Shown in pieces: positions 14,201 to 27,259 of a stretch of DNA of 64,000 bases (position 1 is the stretch's first letter; the number at the start of each line of letters is the position of its first letter). Source of the stretch: the human T2T-CHM13v2.0 reference genome, Homo sapiens. A model generated the notes under the pieces. The model did no database searches, was not told where the DNA came from, and saw only the letters and a list, made by a program, of their open reading frames with translations. Location of the stretch: assembly GCF_009914755.1 (NCBI RefSeq), contig NC_060929.1; one strand, given 5' to 3'. Position numbers and translations under genes: made by a program.

Positions 14201-14853
14201 AGAGATGTAGGCAGGTAGATGTGGTACACACTACATGCTCAATTTTATTTTCCTGAGGGTGACATTTCTTAAGGTGACAGATAGGATTGTTTTGTTGTTG
14301 TTGTTGCTTTCATCAGTTCTGTTATTATCAGTTAGTTATATTCATATGACTTCCCCAGTATGTTTAGGACTCATTATGGAAACAGCAATAATGATATTAT
14401 TATCTGAGGAACAAAAAGGAGAGGACATTTGAAGGATTACTTGATAAATTGTTCCTGTCCTGCATAAAGATTGATTCAGAGTGAAATGTTTTGCAAAATA
14501 AGCTCGAATAGAGATATTGGTACATAGTTGACCAGTATTTATTTGGAATTTATTTGAAACAAACACACAAACAAAAACCTATAAATGACAAAGGAATTTG
14601 AGGATAACTTCAATGATGTGATGATTCTTCCAAAGTTACTTGAGATACAATTAACTTATAAGTCAAAGTTAAACAAATAGTAACTGTGCTCCTCCCATTT
14701 ATGTTTATTTACATTTTTAAAGTTATACACAGTGACTAAAAGAAGATAAGTCCTGATGCTCCTGTCAAAAATAAGAAATTAAGCATTATTATCCAAGGTA
14801 TGTGGTTTCTATTACGATAATAGAGAGCAATTCTCTTAGAAGAAAAACTTCCG

Positions 14854-15134
14854 GGCCAGGTGCAGTGGCTCACGCCTTTAATCCCAGCACTTTGGAAGGC
14901 CGAGGTGGGTGGATCATGAAGTCAGGAGTTCGAGACTAGCCTGGCCAACATGGTGAAACCCCATGTCTACTAAAAAAATACAAAAATTAGTTGGGCGTGG
15001 TGGCGCGCATCTGTAATCCCAGTTACTCCGGAGGCTGAGGCAGGAGAAACGCTTGAACTGTAGTGATCAGAGATCGCGCCATTGCACTCCAGGCTGGGCG
15101 ACAAAGCGAGACTCCATCTCAAAAAAAAAAAAAA
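14854..15134 (+). mobile_element. AluSg-like with ~15-bp internal deletion in the right arm
   Basis: ggatcatgaagtcaggagttcgagac; gcttgaac|tgtagtga lacks ccgggaggcggaggt; TSD agaagaaaaacttc/agaagacaaacttc. Confidence 0.93.
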
Positions 15135-15157
15135 GAAGACAAACTTCTTTAGTACAA

Positions 15158-15285
15158 CAATCATTCATTCATTTAGTCATTCAAAAAAGCAGAATGTTTG
15201 TCAAGCACTGGAAATACAATGATAAAAAATCAACATAGCGTTTGTCCTCTACTAGTTTACAGTCTAATCAGGAGAAATATATTTA
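15158..15285 (-). mobile_element. L2 3' end relic
   Basis: tcattcattcatttagtcattcaa...tgtcaagcactggaaatacaatgat...tttacagtcta. Confidence 0.6.
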
Positions 15286-15500
15286 TCTATAATAAAATGT
15301 AAAAATACTTTTTAAAATTCAATGTACCATAGGGTACATTGCGCTTGGCTTTGTTTCCTCATTATGACTCCTGGAATGAAGAAAGCAGTGAATAAACATT
15401 AGTTCTGTTATATTAAAGATGAAAGAAAAAGAGGCCCTTGCTATTGCTAACTGCTTTCTTTTTCTTATCATCACTCATTTTACCAATATTATTTTTACAG

Positions 15501-15604
15501 TATTTTCTGAAATATCTGGGTGGGAGGCATTATCAGTAGAAAATGATGGTACAGATACTTCTATGACTGAAAATAGTGGATGGAGAAAAGAAAATGTTAA
15601 TGAG
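15501..15604 (+). other. Candidate internal coding exon (104 nt, phase 1 to 0)
   Basis: Long pyrimidine tract then atttttacag|TA; only one open frame, FSEISGWEALSVENDGTDTSMTENSGWRKENVNE; weak donor GAG|gttata; purine/GAA-rich. Confidence 0.35.
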
Positions 15605-16714
15605 GTTATATACTGAACAATCAAAATTAAAAAGTGAATGTTTGCTTTTGGAGAGAAATATTCATGTAAACAAGAAATGAACAATTTATTTTTTTAAATT
15701 ACTGCAAATCAATGTATACTTTAAAAATAGTTTAACATCATTTATAAAATTTCTATACATGATATTTGAATCCACATCCATGTAACTGTTGACTTATTTG
15801 GTAATATGTCACTGAATTGCAAAATCCTGAATAAATTCTAATACAGATTTTATCCAAAGGAAAAATGAAGAAAATGTTAACTTGATTTTTACTGAGCTAC
15901 AGTAATATTCTGATATAAGAGAATAAAGCCAAATTTATAGTCCTTTCACCACTAACATCTTGACATAGCATCTGCAGGTGACACTTGCATATGTATGCAT
16001 AAATGTCTTTGTAAAAGTTTTTATTATTAAGTCTTTATGCTTACAAATCATCTCTAAATGACATGTAAAAAATAAAATGCTAGGGCCAGTTTCTCCCTTA
16101 AACAACAACTAGAAGAACTAATAGCTGATAGCTTTTTGAAAATATTATAAAACGAGTAGGAATAAAAAGTCATATTTTATAAAGCAAAACAACTAATTTT
16201 TTCTAATAATAAAACCTGCAACATATGAAAAATAAACTGGAGGAGAAAATTCAAATCATTGCTATAACAACAGGTAAATACTGAAATATTCTGGGGTATT
16301 TTATCTTCCAAAATCTAATATTTTGGATTTATGTGTTTTTACTTTATTTTTATTTACACACAGATTTCTTTACCCCATTTTATCTGCTTACCTTACAGCA
16401 GTTTCCTATGTCACTAAATATTTTTGCAAAATATTTTAATAGATGCATACAATTTCATCCAAAATAAATCATAGTTTACTGATATTTGGCTCATTTTCCA
16501 GTGTTTCAATAATTGGGTTAGTAGTGCACATCATCTGCCCTTCATACGTCTGCTGTATCCATATCATCTGTATCTACAATATTGTGGTACTTATATTGTG
16601 TATAGAAATTGTGTGTCTAAAATGTAGTACTTAACAGTTTCTGTTAATAGAAATCAGGGCTTTTCTACTCAGAGGAGAAGTGGAGAGAAAGACAAAATAC
16701 AAGCGAGGCAGCAA

Positions 16715-17045
16715 GGGATAAATAGGTGAGGCACACAGGATTTTTAGGGCAATGAAAATATTCTAAGTGATGTAATAGCAGATAGGTGCCATAATACTTT
16801 GTTCAAACACGTAGAATGTATAACATCAGTAGTGACCCCTGGTGCAAACTATGTACTTTGACTGGTTATGCTGTATGAATGTAGGTTCATCAGTTGTAAC
16901 AAATGTGCCATTTTGGTGGGGGTTGTTGATAATGGGAGAAGTAATACCTTGTGGGGGCTAGAGGTCTATCGAATATTGCTGTACCTTCCTCTCAACTTTT
17001 CTGCAAACCTAACAATAATCCAAAAAATAGTCTTAAAAATCAGAA
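16715..17045 (+). mobile_element. L1MC/L1MD 3' UTR fragment
   Basis: gcacacaggatttttagggcaatgaaaatattct...aatgtaggttcatcagttgtaacaaatgtgccattttggtgggggttgttgataatggg...ctgtaccttcctctcaacttttctgcaaacct. Confidence 0.85.
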
Positions 17046-17149
17046 AATAGAGACATAAGGAAGATAAAGCTGTCATTGGAGTAGCATCATGTTATATCAC
17101 AATGGTTGATGTAGTGGCAGAAAAGAGTTTAATGAGAATGCTATTATAG

Positions 17150-17320
17150 TTATATACCTACTTAAATGCTAGGTATTTTACATAGATCAACTCCTTTAAT
17201 CTTCTCAACAATCCAATGATCCAAATACCAGTTACCCACCTTTTGTGGCTGAAGAAGCTGAAACTCACAGAGTCTTGGAACCCAGGCTATCTGACTCCAA
17301 AGTTCGCATGGTTGACTACT
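17150..17320 (-). mobile_element. MIR relic
   Basis: tttaatcttctcaacaatcc...gaagaagctgaaactcacagag...gaacccaggctatctgactccaaag. Confidence 0.7.
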
Positions 17321-19453
17321 AGTGCTTCTAACAAGATACCTGACTATGCCTAGGTTCAAGGAAGATCAGAAACAAATACAAGAGTCAGTGGTTCCTGCCC
17401 AGGTTTCCATTTTGGCTGCTGGTTTATATTGACATCAAAAATCCCTGGATGGAAGTAATTTTGAAAGGTCACTTAATCTGTTCACCCTCCGTTAAACTTT
17501 TCTGACAGATGAGTAGCTACCTTAATTCTCTACCCCTTCAAAGGAAAGCACAGCTTCCTTCTGTCCCTTATTCGTGGATTTAGCAAACCCTATTGCAGGA
17601 AATCTCATCTTTTTTATAGCATAAATCCCACTCAATGCTATTTAAGCTTGTTGCCTTTTGCTTAGTTTCTTGAGAAAATGTAGTGATGTCTAAATAACAG
17701 AATTTCCTAGACTTCAAGACAGATACTAAAAATGTCTTTTCTTCAAACTATATAATTCATTTGCCTTTAACTTTTATTTTAAACAACATAGTTGTCTTTC
17801 AGTTTTCTTTTTGGCATTAGGGTTCTTTTCTTTCTTGTTTTTATTTTTTTAATGGACTCAAATTAGGGTGTTCTAGAGGCAGTTTGACCTTGAGTTTGCT
17901 GGCTTTTCTAGTAGATTTTTGTTTAAATCCCTTTAAACAAATTTTTATAACTGCCCTGTGTTCTTCATCAATGATGTCAAAACACTGTAACTCCTTGTAT
18001 TTTTAAAATGTATTTTCTTCCAATCACTTGCTTTATTTTAATGACTTAATCAGATATGTATGGAGATAGCAACACTTGGTGGGTAAAAAATCCACCAATG
18101 CAAATGTCCTTCTGACAGAATATTGATTTGCTGATGATGTATTTCAAAAGCCTGCTTACTTTCCCTTTTTTATTTCCAGCCTATCTGTAGTCCCATTTAA
18201 TTTATATTGTGCAGCTAATAGAGTTTCATCTTTATTCAGTGTTTCCATCTTAAATTTAAATGGGATTAATGCAGTGAAAAGTTCTTTTTAAATGATTAGG
18301 TTAATAATCTGGAAATTATGGCTTCCCAAATAAGGCATTCCCAAAGCTCCTATCTGAATATTTACTTCATTTTTTAGGACTGCTCTTTGCCTGTCCTCAA
18401 ATTTCCAAATCATTAATATAATGTTCATATGATTAATAATTCTAAATATAATTTATCTTCTTTGTGCATTACTTTGAAAACAGTAGAAATCATCTTCTCA
18501 ATTGATTCAACAGCTGTAGATCTTTCTAGAGGTCACATTGCAACATGGCATTTGTCATCAATCATGGCTTTAATTAAAATTTAGATTATAGCTGAGTAAA
18601 CCTTCTCCTCTGCTGTTAATTTCTTAAACATTTTTACCCTTGTCTTTTTTATTTTAAAAGATAACAAATAATAATATTTATTGTATATTTTAATTTTGTA
18701 TTTTCTGTACTGCTTAGTATTCACTTTTACAAAAAACAAGTATAAGCATTAAAATCTAAATAATGCTTTCCATATAGTCAGAAGTTACCTTATTTCTATA
18801 CGTACAATCTCCATTACTGTAACACACCATTTATATTATCTTGCTTCTTAATTTTGTATCCAAAACAAGCTACCACTGCTTTTCTTATTATTTGTGTTTC
18901 TTATAAAGCAAATAAACAGAACCCCAAACTTCCACTTACTTATTCAAACATACAAATAATATGTGCTATGTAGATGTGTGAAAAGCAACATGATCTTAAA
19001 AATACTCAGGATACTAGAAAGGATCCAATGGAAAATGAAGGGTAGTATTTTTAGGATAGTAGGCCCATTTTTTCATACAGTCATATACGCAAAGCCCTGT
19101 GATCTGAAAATGTGTACTATAAATTCATGCCTTCCCAGAAATCTAGATAATCTGTGTCATAAGCTGACCTGTTTAAGAGATCATCATATATCTCCAGAAA
19201 TCTGGAATAATCAATAATTGGTCTTAAAATATATGTTTAGACTAGAGTAACTCTGTAAGTGTATGAATATTAATATCATATATGTTGTTAAATGTTTGAT
19301 AAGTAGTAAACTAATTTGAGTCTATTAGAAAAAAACTATATTTATTACTAATTGAGATATGTATAATAAAAATAATTTAAATATTTAATGAAGTTGAAAT
19401 CGATTTTGCCTAAGTCAGTGTCAATCTTAAATTACATAAAACTATATTTTTGA

Positions 19454-19776
<323 letters not shown>

Positions 19777-20164
19777 TAGAACATGTTTTTAAAAAATTAT
19801 AGTTACATGTTCTAAAGCAACTCTGTACTCAAATAAATCAAATACTTATGTATAGCTGTGTAGGAATTCTAAAGAAAATTAAGAACAACAGCTCTATCAA
19901 GCAGCACATCAAAGTATATGTGAAATATATGAAATTCCACCTTATATCACAATTTCAAACTTTTGCTGTACCTCTAGATCAGCAATAGGTAGTTTTGTTT
20001 TATTCTTCCGTTCAATGAGAGTTTAGCCAGGTTATAAATCCTACTAATAGAAAGGAAGTAAATATAAACAATGATAAATGCTAAAATGTTATAAAAGTTT
20101 GTTTATATCCCTATAATAAATCATTTGGGGACATCGTTGGATTTAAATCAGTAGATATTATACA

Positions 20165-20168
20165 TATA

Positions 20169-20212
<44 letters not shown>
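20165..20212. repeat. (TG)n(TA)n compound microsatellite
   Basis: tgtgtgtgtg followed by a long tata run. Confidence 0.95.
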
Positions 20213-20215
<3 letters not shown>

Positions 20216-21177
20216 AATTAGTGCATAACATTTATTCTGTTAAAATAGTTGGATTAAGATTATTGGAATCCATTAATTGTTAATTCCTTTTGCCTGCCAA
20301 TGATTACCTTAAAAGCATTCAAAATGCTTTTTTGAATGGCCAGGAAAAATTCAACAGAATTTGTATCTGGTTTTATAAGACTGAACTTCTATAGTTTTGT
20401 CTAAGAAAATCCTGTAAGAATTTCCATTACCTATACTACACTATATATACAAGAAGAACTTTATATTTCCAAGTACTTTTATTATTCTTACCAATTTTAG
20501 TGTCTCATATTTTATATACACAGTTTTCATATCTAACTCATTATCTTTAAATTATTAAATTTGTTTGTGTTTTTAAGATTTATTGAATGAAAATTCAATA
20601 TGTTTAAACTATCTTTAAGTGAGGTTTTTTAGTATTGCCTAATGATATGAGAAGATTCATTGGAAATTAGATGACTTTTGGAGTCACAGCAGTATGCAAA
20701 GTGTAGAAGATAAAACGTTTAAATAACAGGCCTACTGACTCCTACATTAAAAATCATAAAATGGGAAATAGTTTTACCACAAGGAGTCAGTATTGATGGA
20801 TGAGTTCACTGGAAAAGTCCACCAAAGGGAAGATCAACAAGGTCCATTTACAAATTAGGGTTTTCAATTCAATCTTATGAGTCCAAGCTGCTGCCATATC
20901 AGGAAGTGGTTCACACAAGGGGAAAAATGTGATTATGATACTTCTCATTGAATCAAAATAACACAAATATTATACTCACATCATTTCACCTTTCCACAAT
21001 CCAGTGACTTGCACAGGGAGAAGTAATTCTCACATGTACTTATTACATGAAAAATAGATTTTAAAATGCAGGATTTATATCAAAAGGAAAACAAAATTGT
21101 GTATTGTTTTCAGCCATTGCAAAAGTGCTGCTATTCTTAATTTTAAAAATAAATCATTAAAAACAGAAAAGATGCTT

Positions 21178-21395
21178 CCGGGGCAACATGGCAAAACCTC
21201 ATCTCTACAAAAAATACACAAAAAATTAACCAGATGTGATGGTGCATGCCTATAGTCCCAACTACTCAGGAGGTGGGAGAATCACCTAAGCCCAGGAGTT
21301 CAAGGCTGCAGTGAGCCATGATCATGCCACCACACTCCAGCCCAGGTGACAGAGTGAGACCCTGTCCCCCCACCGCCCCCGCCCCCCCCAAAAAA
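21178..21395 (+). mobile_element. 5'-truncated AluJ with C-rich tail
   Basis: gggcaacatggcaaaacctcatctctacaaaaaatac...aagcccaggagttcaaggctgcagtgagccatgatc...gagaccctgt then a C-tract and a short A tail. Confidence 0.9.
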
Positions 21396-23811
21396 CCTAA
21401 CCTAATTTCTAATAAAAGTGTAAAGAGGAGGACAGAATAAGAAGTTTTCTAAGGATTGTGCCATATTTGAATTTTTTAAAGGAAAGTAACTCATGTTATT
21501 CTGGAGTTTTGCCTTACTTTGCAACTGATAACAGATTTGGAAACTACATCAAGCCAAATCAACTTTTAAGCTAGTTATTGAAAATTTGAATTATGCCTAT
21601 AATGAACCTACAGAACATATTTTAGAAGTATCTTGGTTTTACAACTGAACTAAATTCAAATTTTCTTGCAAGTTCAGCTTCTCAATACCATATATTCATC
21701 ATTTGTCCTATAACTTGATATTTATACTGAACACATATTTCTGTTTCCATGAATATAAAATAAATATAAAACAACAAGAGGCTTTCAGTGGAATGTAAAT
21801 CAATACTTTGGCAAAAATGTAACCTGTTAACTTTTCTCTATTCCTATCCAAACCCCAGGCTAATAGCACTTCAGTATTTCAAACATTAAGTAAATCTATA
21901 ACAAAACCTTACTTTTGAAAGCAAACATATGTCTGGTTTTGATTTGTTATTCCCATATAAGTGCAGAACATAAACTACTTTCCACTGCCATGGCTTTACC
22001 ACAAGCATACTTTCTCTAGTCTGTGGGCATAAAATATGAAACAGGCTCTTTTCATGAAGGAGGAAATCTACCTTTGAAACAAAAAAAGACACCGTGACTT
22101 GGAACTTTCACCCTTTTTGTCCCAAAATTTCCCTGTGATGAAAGCACATTTAAACATTACTCCTATTAGTTGTATTTTCTTTGATTATATTATAAACTGA
22201 ATTCATTTTGCAAATGCACAGAGCTTCAAAATTATTAATCTTTATTTAATATGTCCCATCCCACATAATTTCTTTGAATACGTAAGATTTCCTAATAAAT
22301 ATTGAGAGAATTATTTTGCCTATTTTAAAACTCAGTTAACATTCTAAACCCAATTAAATCTTATTCCATCAATCCCCATGGCATGTATTTATAATAGTAT
22401 TCTCTTTTTTTAACTTAATATATCGCAGTTTGCTTACATAGTAAAAAATTTAATCAGAGGCAATACCCACTAAATTACCATGTTTTGATGGTGTTGTTTT
22501 CCTGATAGGCTATGCCAAATTGGTCAGTATGTTACCATGGCCTTCTGATTAAGAAATAGCAATGGACTGGAAGGAAATCTACAAATGTACAGAAAACTTG
22601 GAGCAAGCATTTAATTTCTATGTATCCAAGTCTATGGAAAATGTTACAACCTTCTATTTTAAGGAAGCATCTAACTTTTACACAGAGATGAAATTGCCCA
22701 CATAATACTGCTTGTATAGTCATCAAATAGTATAGTCAGATATATTTACTTCATAAAAAAACTTGAGATATTCCGATTGAGCAAATGAGGAGGACATATA
22801 GGGAGCATCCATTATGCATAACAGATTGAGTAAGTCAAATGTATTGTGTCTGCATATTTTATATCAATATTCTGCATGGACAGAGAAATATTAATACTAA
22901 GTATTTTCTCTCGTACAAGTTATTTAATTTCATCCAAGTACTTGTAGGACATACTAGAAAACCCCTTCTATGGCTGACTTTAGAGGCTTTGGATAGCAGA
23001 TTTTTTTTATGGTCATAATAGAAATTTCCACTTGATTGTATTATCTAGGAGAGAAAACATAATTTTCTATAAAGAATAACTTTAATTTTGAAACTTCCTC
23101 TAGAAAAAGGCAATGCAAAGGAGAAAAATATGGAATAAAATACAATCGTGAATATTGGACTCTTAGAAATAGTTTATTACAAATTATGATATATGTTTTG
23201 CTACTTTCTCCTTGTGAATTATACTTAATACATTATTTTTATTTCTTATGCCCCAGCATGTCAACATAAAGATAAGCATTAAGGGAATCTTGGTGATACT
23301 ATATCTGCTATTGTATATTTTTCAGAGCCATGCTTTATTCTCAAAACTCTTCTCTAAAGGAGATGAAGAGGTCAACACAAGTACCTAGTTAGACCTCGTT
23401 AGACCTCACATCGGCACACTGATTGGGGTCCTTTCTCTGAAGCATTGAGACATTGTTTGCTTGATTGGCAAAGGAGAGCTGTCTCACCATGTTCATGCTT
23501 GCTGTTCATTTTATTTTTCTATTTTATATGATTAAGGTCCATTATGAGGAGTTTTTAGGTCACACACTGTTAAATGTTATTGCAACCGATGGTCACTTTG
23601 ATCAGCCTGTCTCACAACTTTTCTTTGAAAATTCTGTGTTCCCTTTCAAAAGCTTTCCCAGTAAAAATGGTTTTAAATTAAGTCATCAAAGAAAAAATAA
23701 TGCACAGGGGCCAATTAATATACTCACTGACAGGGCTTCTACTCCCTCTTTTTTCTTTCATCCTGACTCATGCAGTTAATTTAGAGGACATAGATTTCTT
23801 ATAGGACTAAG

Positions 23812-23840
23812 GAAAGAGAGAGAGAGAAAGAGAGAGAGAT
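23812..23840. repeat. (GA)n microsatellite
   Basis: gaaagagagagagagaaagagagagaga. Confidence 0.85.
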
Positions 23841-25384
23841 GCACTAATCTCAGGCTGTCCTTGCATTGGCCTCAGAAATGATCTTCATCATGATTCAATG
23901 GAATGAGAAAAATCATATCACATGTTATATTGTTACTATTGCTGAAATGTGTGAACACTATTTTGTAATCTGTTGATTGGTGCAAGATGTGCATTTGACA
24001 TAGACTTAGCTATGAATAAAATGCATGGGAACCACAAAACAGATTACATGTTTAGATTCATGATAAATGCATTTTGAAAATACACTTAGAGGAGAGAAAA
24101 AATTTCTTAAGGTTAGATATATAAATCTGTGTCACATATTATAGGCTCATATTTTTGATATTTTTATTTTTTAAAAATTTCATTTAAAATAGAAGTATAT
24201 AATAAACATAATTAATAGACCACTAATGTTACACTAGGCAGAAATTACTTTTAAATTTACTGTTAATCATGTTAAAAATTATAATTTTACTGATAATAAT
24301 TTTTATTATTATACAGAGATATTTCATTTTTCCCTGCTTTCAGCAAAAAACCTCCTGCTATTATTTATTTCCCTTAAAGGTATGTGCATATATATGTGTG
24401 TCTTCAAAGTTATAAATACAAGCATTATTCTTTTTACTCACTTCCAATATGTCACTGTTGTTACACTTTAAATAATAGTTCAAGTTATCAAACACCCCAA
24501 GACAATGATATTTTCAATAAATTTATGTTCTCACATAAAACATACTTGTAATGAATTCCACATCTGCATAGCTGAAAAGCATTTTATAATATCAGAGTCT
24601 CCAGGGGATTTCAGGTCTAGAGATTATAAAGCTGCAATTAAAGCAAGGTTTGTAGTGGCATTGTCATTATCTGAGCAGAACTCCATCTCCTGAAATTGAC
24701 AGAAAATGTTTAATTCTAGACATTTAAGGGACATTTGCATTAATAAAAGGGAAACCATGCAGTGGGTCACATAACTTGCAAAGAGATTAAAGAATGTATA
24801 ATGTCAGAGAAGCTCAGAGAACTTCCTTATTACAAGAAAAGAAGGTGGGAGACTCTTACATAGAGCTTTCAAATAACTGTGCGGTGTTAAGCTGCCATGT
24901 GAGAAAAGAAATTAACTGATGGGACTGACAGCATGGAGCTGCCAGGAAACTAATCATGCTATTTCCTGATCCTAGTACTACTCATCAGTGTCAAATTATA
25001 AATTATAACATCCTAAGTGAGACAAGGAGATTACAAAATATGAAAATGAAGATATTGGGAAAAAATTCTCAATTAACACTTGATTTTGATCCTATCTCTA
25101 TAAAGGGAAAAAAAGTAATGTGTTTCTAAATTCATGCGTTGCAGAAACAGGCTTTTTATTATTGTAACTACAATATTATTACATACCTCATTAAGTGATT
25201 GCAATTTCAAAACATTATTGCTCAACTGGGTAAAAGAATGTGCTGGTTAATATTGTCAACTTGATTGGCTTGAAAGATGCAATATATTGTTTCTGGGTGT
25301 GTCTGTGAGGCTGTTGCCAAAGGAGATTAACATTTGAGTCAGTGAACTGGGAGAGGCACAACTACCCTCTATCTGGGTGGGCAC

Positions 25385-26044
25385 TTTATCTGTCCGTTCT
25401 CATAGTGCTAATAAAGACATACCTGAGACTGGGTTATTTATAAAGGAAAGAGGTTTGGTCAGGTGCAATGGCTCACGTCTGTAATCCCAGCACTTTGGGA
25501 GGCTGAGGCTGGGGGATCACCTGAGGTCCGGAGTTAGAGACCAGTCTAACTAACAGGGTGAAACCTCATCTCCAGTAAAAATACAAAAGTTAGGTGGGCA
25601 TGGTGGTGGGCGCCTGTAATCCCAGCTACTCGGGAGGCTGAGGCAAGAGAATCACTTGAACTTGGGAGGTGGAGGCTGTGTGAGCCGAGATCGTGCCACT
25701 GCACTCCAGCCTGGGCAATAAGAGTGAAACTCCGTCTCAAAAAAAAAAAAAAAAGGAAAGAGGTTTAATGGACTCTGGCTGGGTTGGCCTCACAATCGTG
25801 GTGGAAGAGAAAGGAAGAGCAAAGTGACGTCTGACATAGTGACAGGCAGGAGGGCATGTGCAGGGGAACTCCTCTTTATAAAACCATCAGATCTCATGAG
25901 ACTTATTGACTATCGAGAACAGCAGGGGAAAAACCCACCCCCATGATTCAATTTTCTCCCGCTGTGTCCTCCCATGACATGTGGGAATTATGGGAGCTAT
26001 AATTCAAGATGAGATTTAGGTTGGGACACAGCCAAAACTTATCA
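25385..26044 (-). mobile_element. THE1 solo LTR inside MLT2A, split by an Alu
   Basis: gtccgttctcatagtgctaataaagacatacctgagactggg...gggacacagccaaaacttatca; 5-bp TSD ggcac/ggctc. Confidence 0.9.
25457..25751 (+). mobile_element. AluSp/Sq-like inside THE1
   Basis: Full Alu ending gggcaataagagtgaaactccgtctc(a)n; perfect 15-bp TSD aaaggaaagaggttt at 25442-25456 and 25752-25766. Confidence 0.95.
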
Positions 26045-26559
26045 GGCTCCATCTAATCAGCTGCCACTGTGGCTAGAATAAAGCAGGCAGGAGAAAGTGG
26101 AAGAGCAGACTTGCTGAGTCTTCCAGTATTCATTTTTCTCCTGTGCTGGATGCTTCCTCCCCTCTAACATCAGACTCCAAGTTCTTCAGCTTTTGGACTC
26201 TTGGACTTACACCAGTGATTTACCATTTCTTGGGCCTTTGGCCACAGACCAAAGGCTGCACTGTCAGCTTCCCAACTGTTGAGGTTTCTGGACTTGAACT
26301 GATCCACCACTGGCTTCCTTGCTCCTCAACTTGCAGATGGCCTATTTTGGAACTCCAACTTGTGATCATGTTAGTCAATTCTTAATAAACTCCCTTTTAT
26401 ACATACATATATCCTATTAGTTCTGTCCCTCTGGAGAACCCTAACTAATACAATAATGCCTTACAATATTTGTTAAAGAACCTAACACTAAATCAACTTA
26501 ATAAAAGCAAATGATTTTGTAACACTTTATAATGCTCTCACTATAGATAATTAGTTTGG

Positions 26560-26732
26560 GCCTCATAAGAAGTCTGTTGATAGTTGTCAGGTTGTCTCTA
26601 TTTCTTATTACTAAGAAGCTGAGGCTTTTGAATACTAAATGTCTTCCCTAAGGTTACTAGTAAGTTGTGAAAATAAGTATCAAATATAAGTCTTCCCAAT
26701 TCTGGTTCAATACTCTTTCCTTTATATTATCC
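26560..26732 (-). mobile_element. MIR relic
   Basis: aagaagctgaggct...cttccctaaggttactagtaagt...tctggttcaatactctttcc. Confidence 0.6.
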
Positions 26733-27259
26733 TGCAACCTGAATAGACTCTTAAATTAGATTGTCTGTAAGTGTCTAAAGCCAGACACATTTGTTAACCT
26801 TTATATTTTTTAAGGCTATACTCATGTGCAACTGACTGTAAAAGGTCACTCTATTATATTCAATTTTTTGTGGCTTCCAACATTTATTCCTTATGTTAAA
26901 TGACAATATGCTTTATAAAATAAAGACATGCTATCAAAATCAGGCTCTAATGAGATAAGTTGAAAGTCAATTATGAGACTTTTGGTTTAAAATAGACTAG
27001 CACTTAAATGAAACTCTCATTATTCGCTAATAGAAATGTGAATACTCAGGAAAAAAAGATAAATATTCACAGCAGCAAAAGAAACAAAGTATGAGAGAAA
27101 AGCAATTGTCAGAATCTTGGAGAAAATGTAATTTCAGATTCTTTGGTTTGATAAAAACAATTAGTATCAGAGGATCTGCTACCACAGTTTATGTAGGAAG
27201 CCAAAAAAATATGTTGTTTCAGCGCTAATAATGAAATCTTGGTCATCTACAAAATTTAT

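Larger units (their letters stand above)
25239..26452 (+). mobile_element. MLT2A (ERVL) solo LTR split by a THE1 insertion
   Basis: Starts tgtgctggttaatattgtcaacttgattgg, breaks at atctgggtgggcac, resumes catctaatcagctgcc, ends ctggagaaccctaactaataca. Confidence 0.9.

Noticed and set aside
16387-16645. Minus-strand exon-like segment (acceptor near 16641, donor AAG|gtaagc)
   Set aside because: Stops in the frames examined; at best non-coding and untestable from sequence alone
17440-18700. Possible L3/CR1 relic
   Set aside because: Only vague resemblance; family and boundaries cannot be supported by eye
22509-22829. 321-nt segment between an AG acceptor and a gtaagt donor with a 50-codon open stretch (MDWKEIYKCTENLEQAFNFYVSK...)
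   Set aside because: Six stops in 107 codons is close to chance for this base composition; revisit only if the upstream exon chain is confirmed
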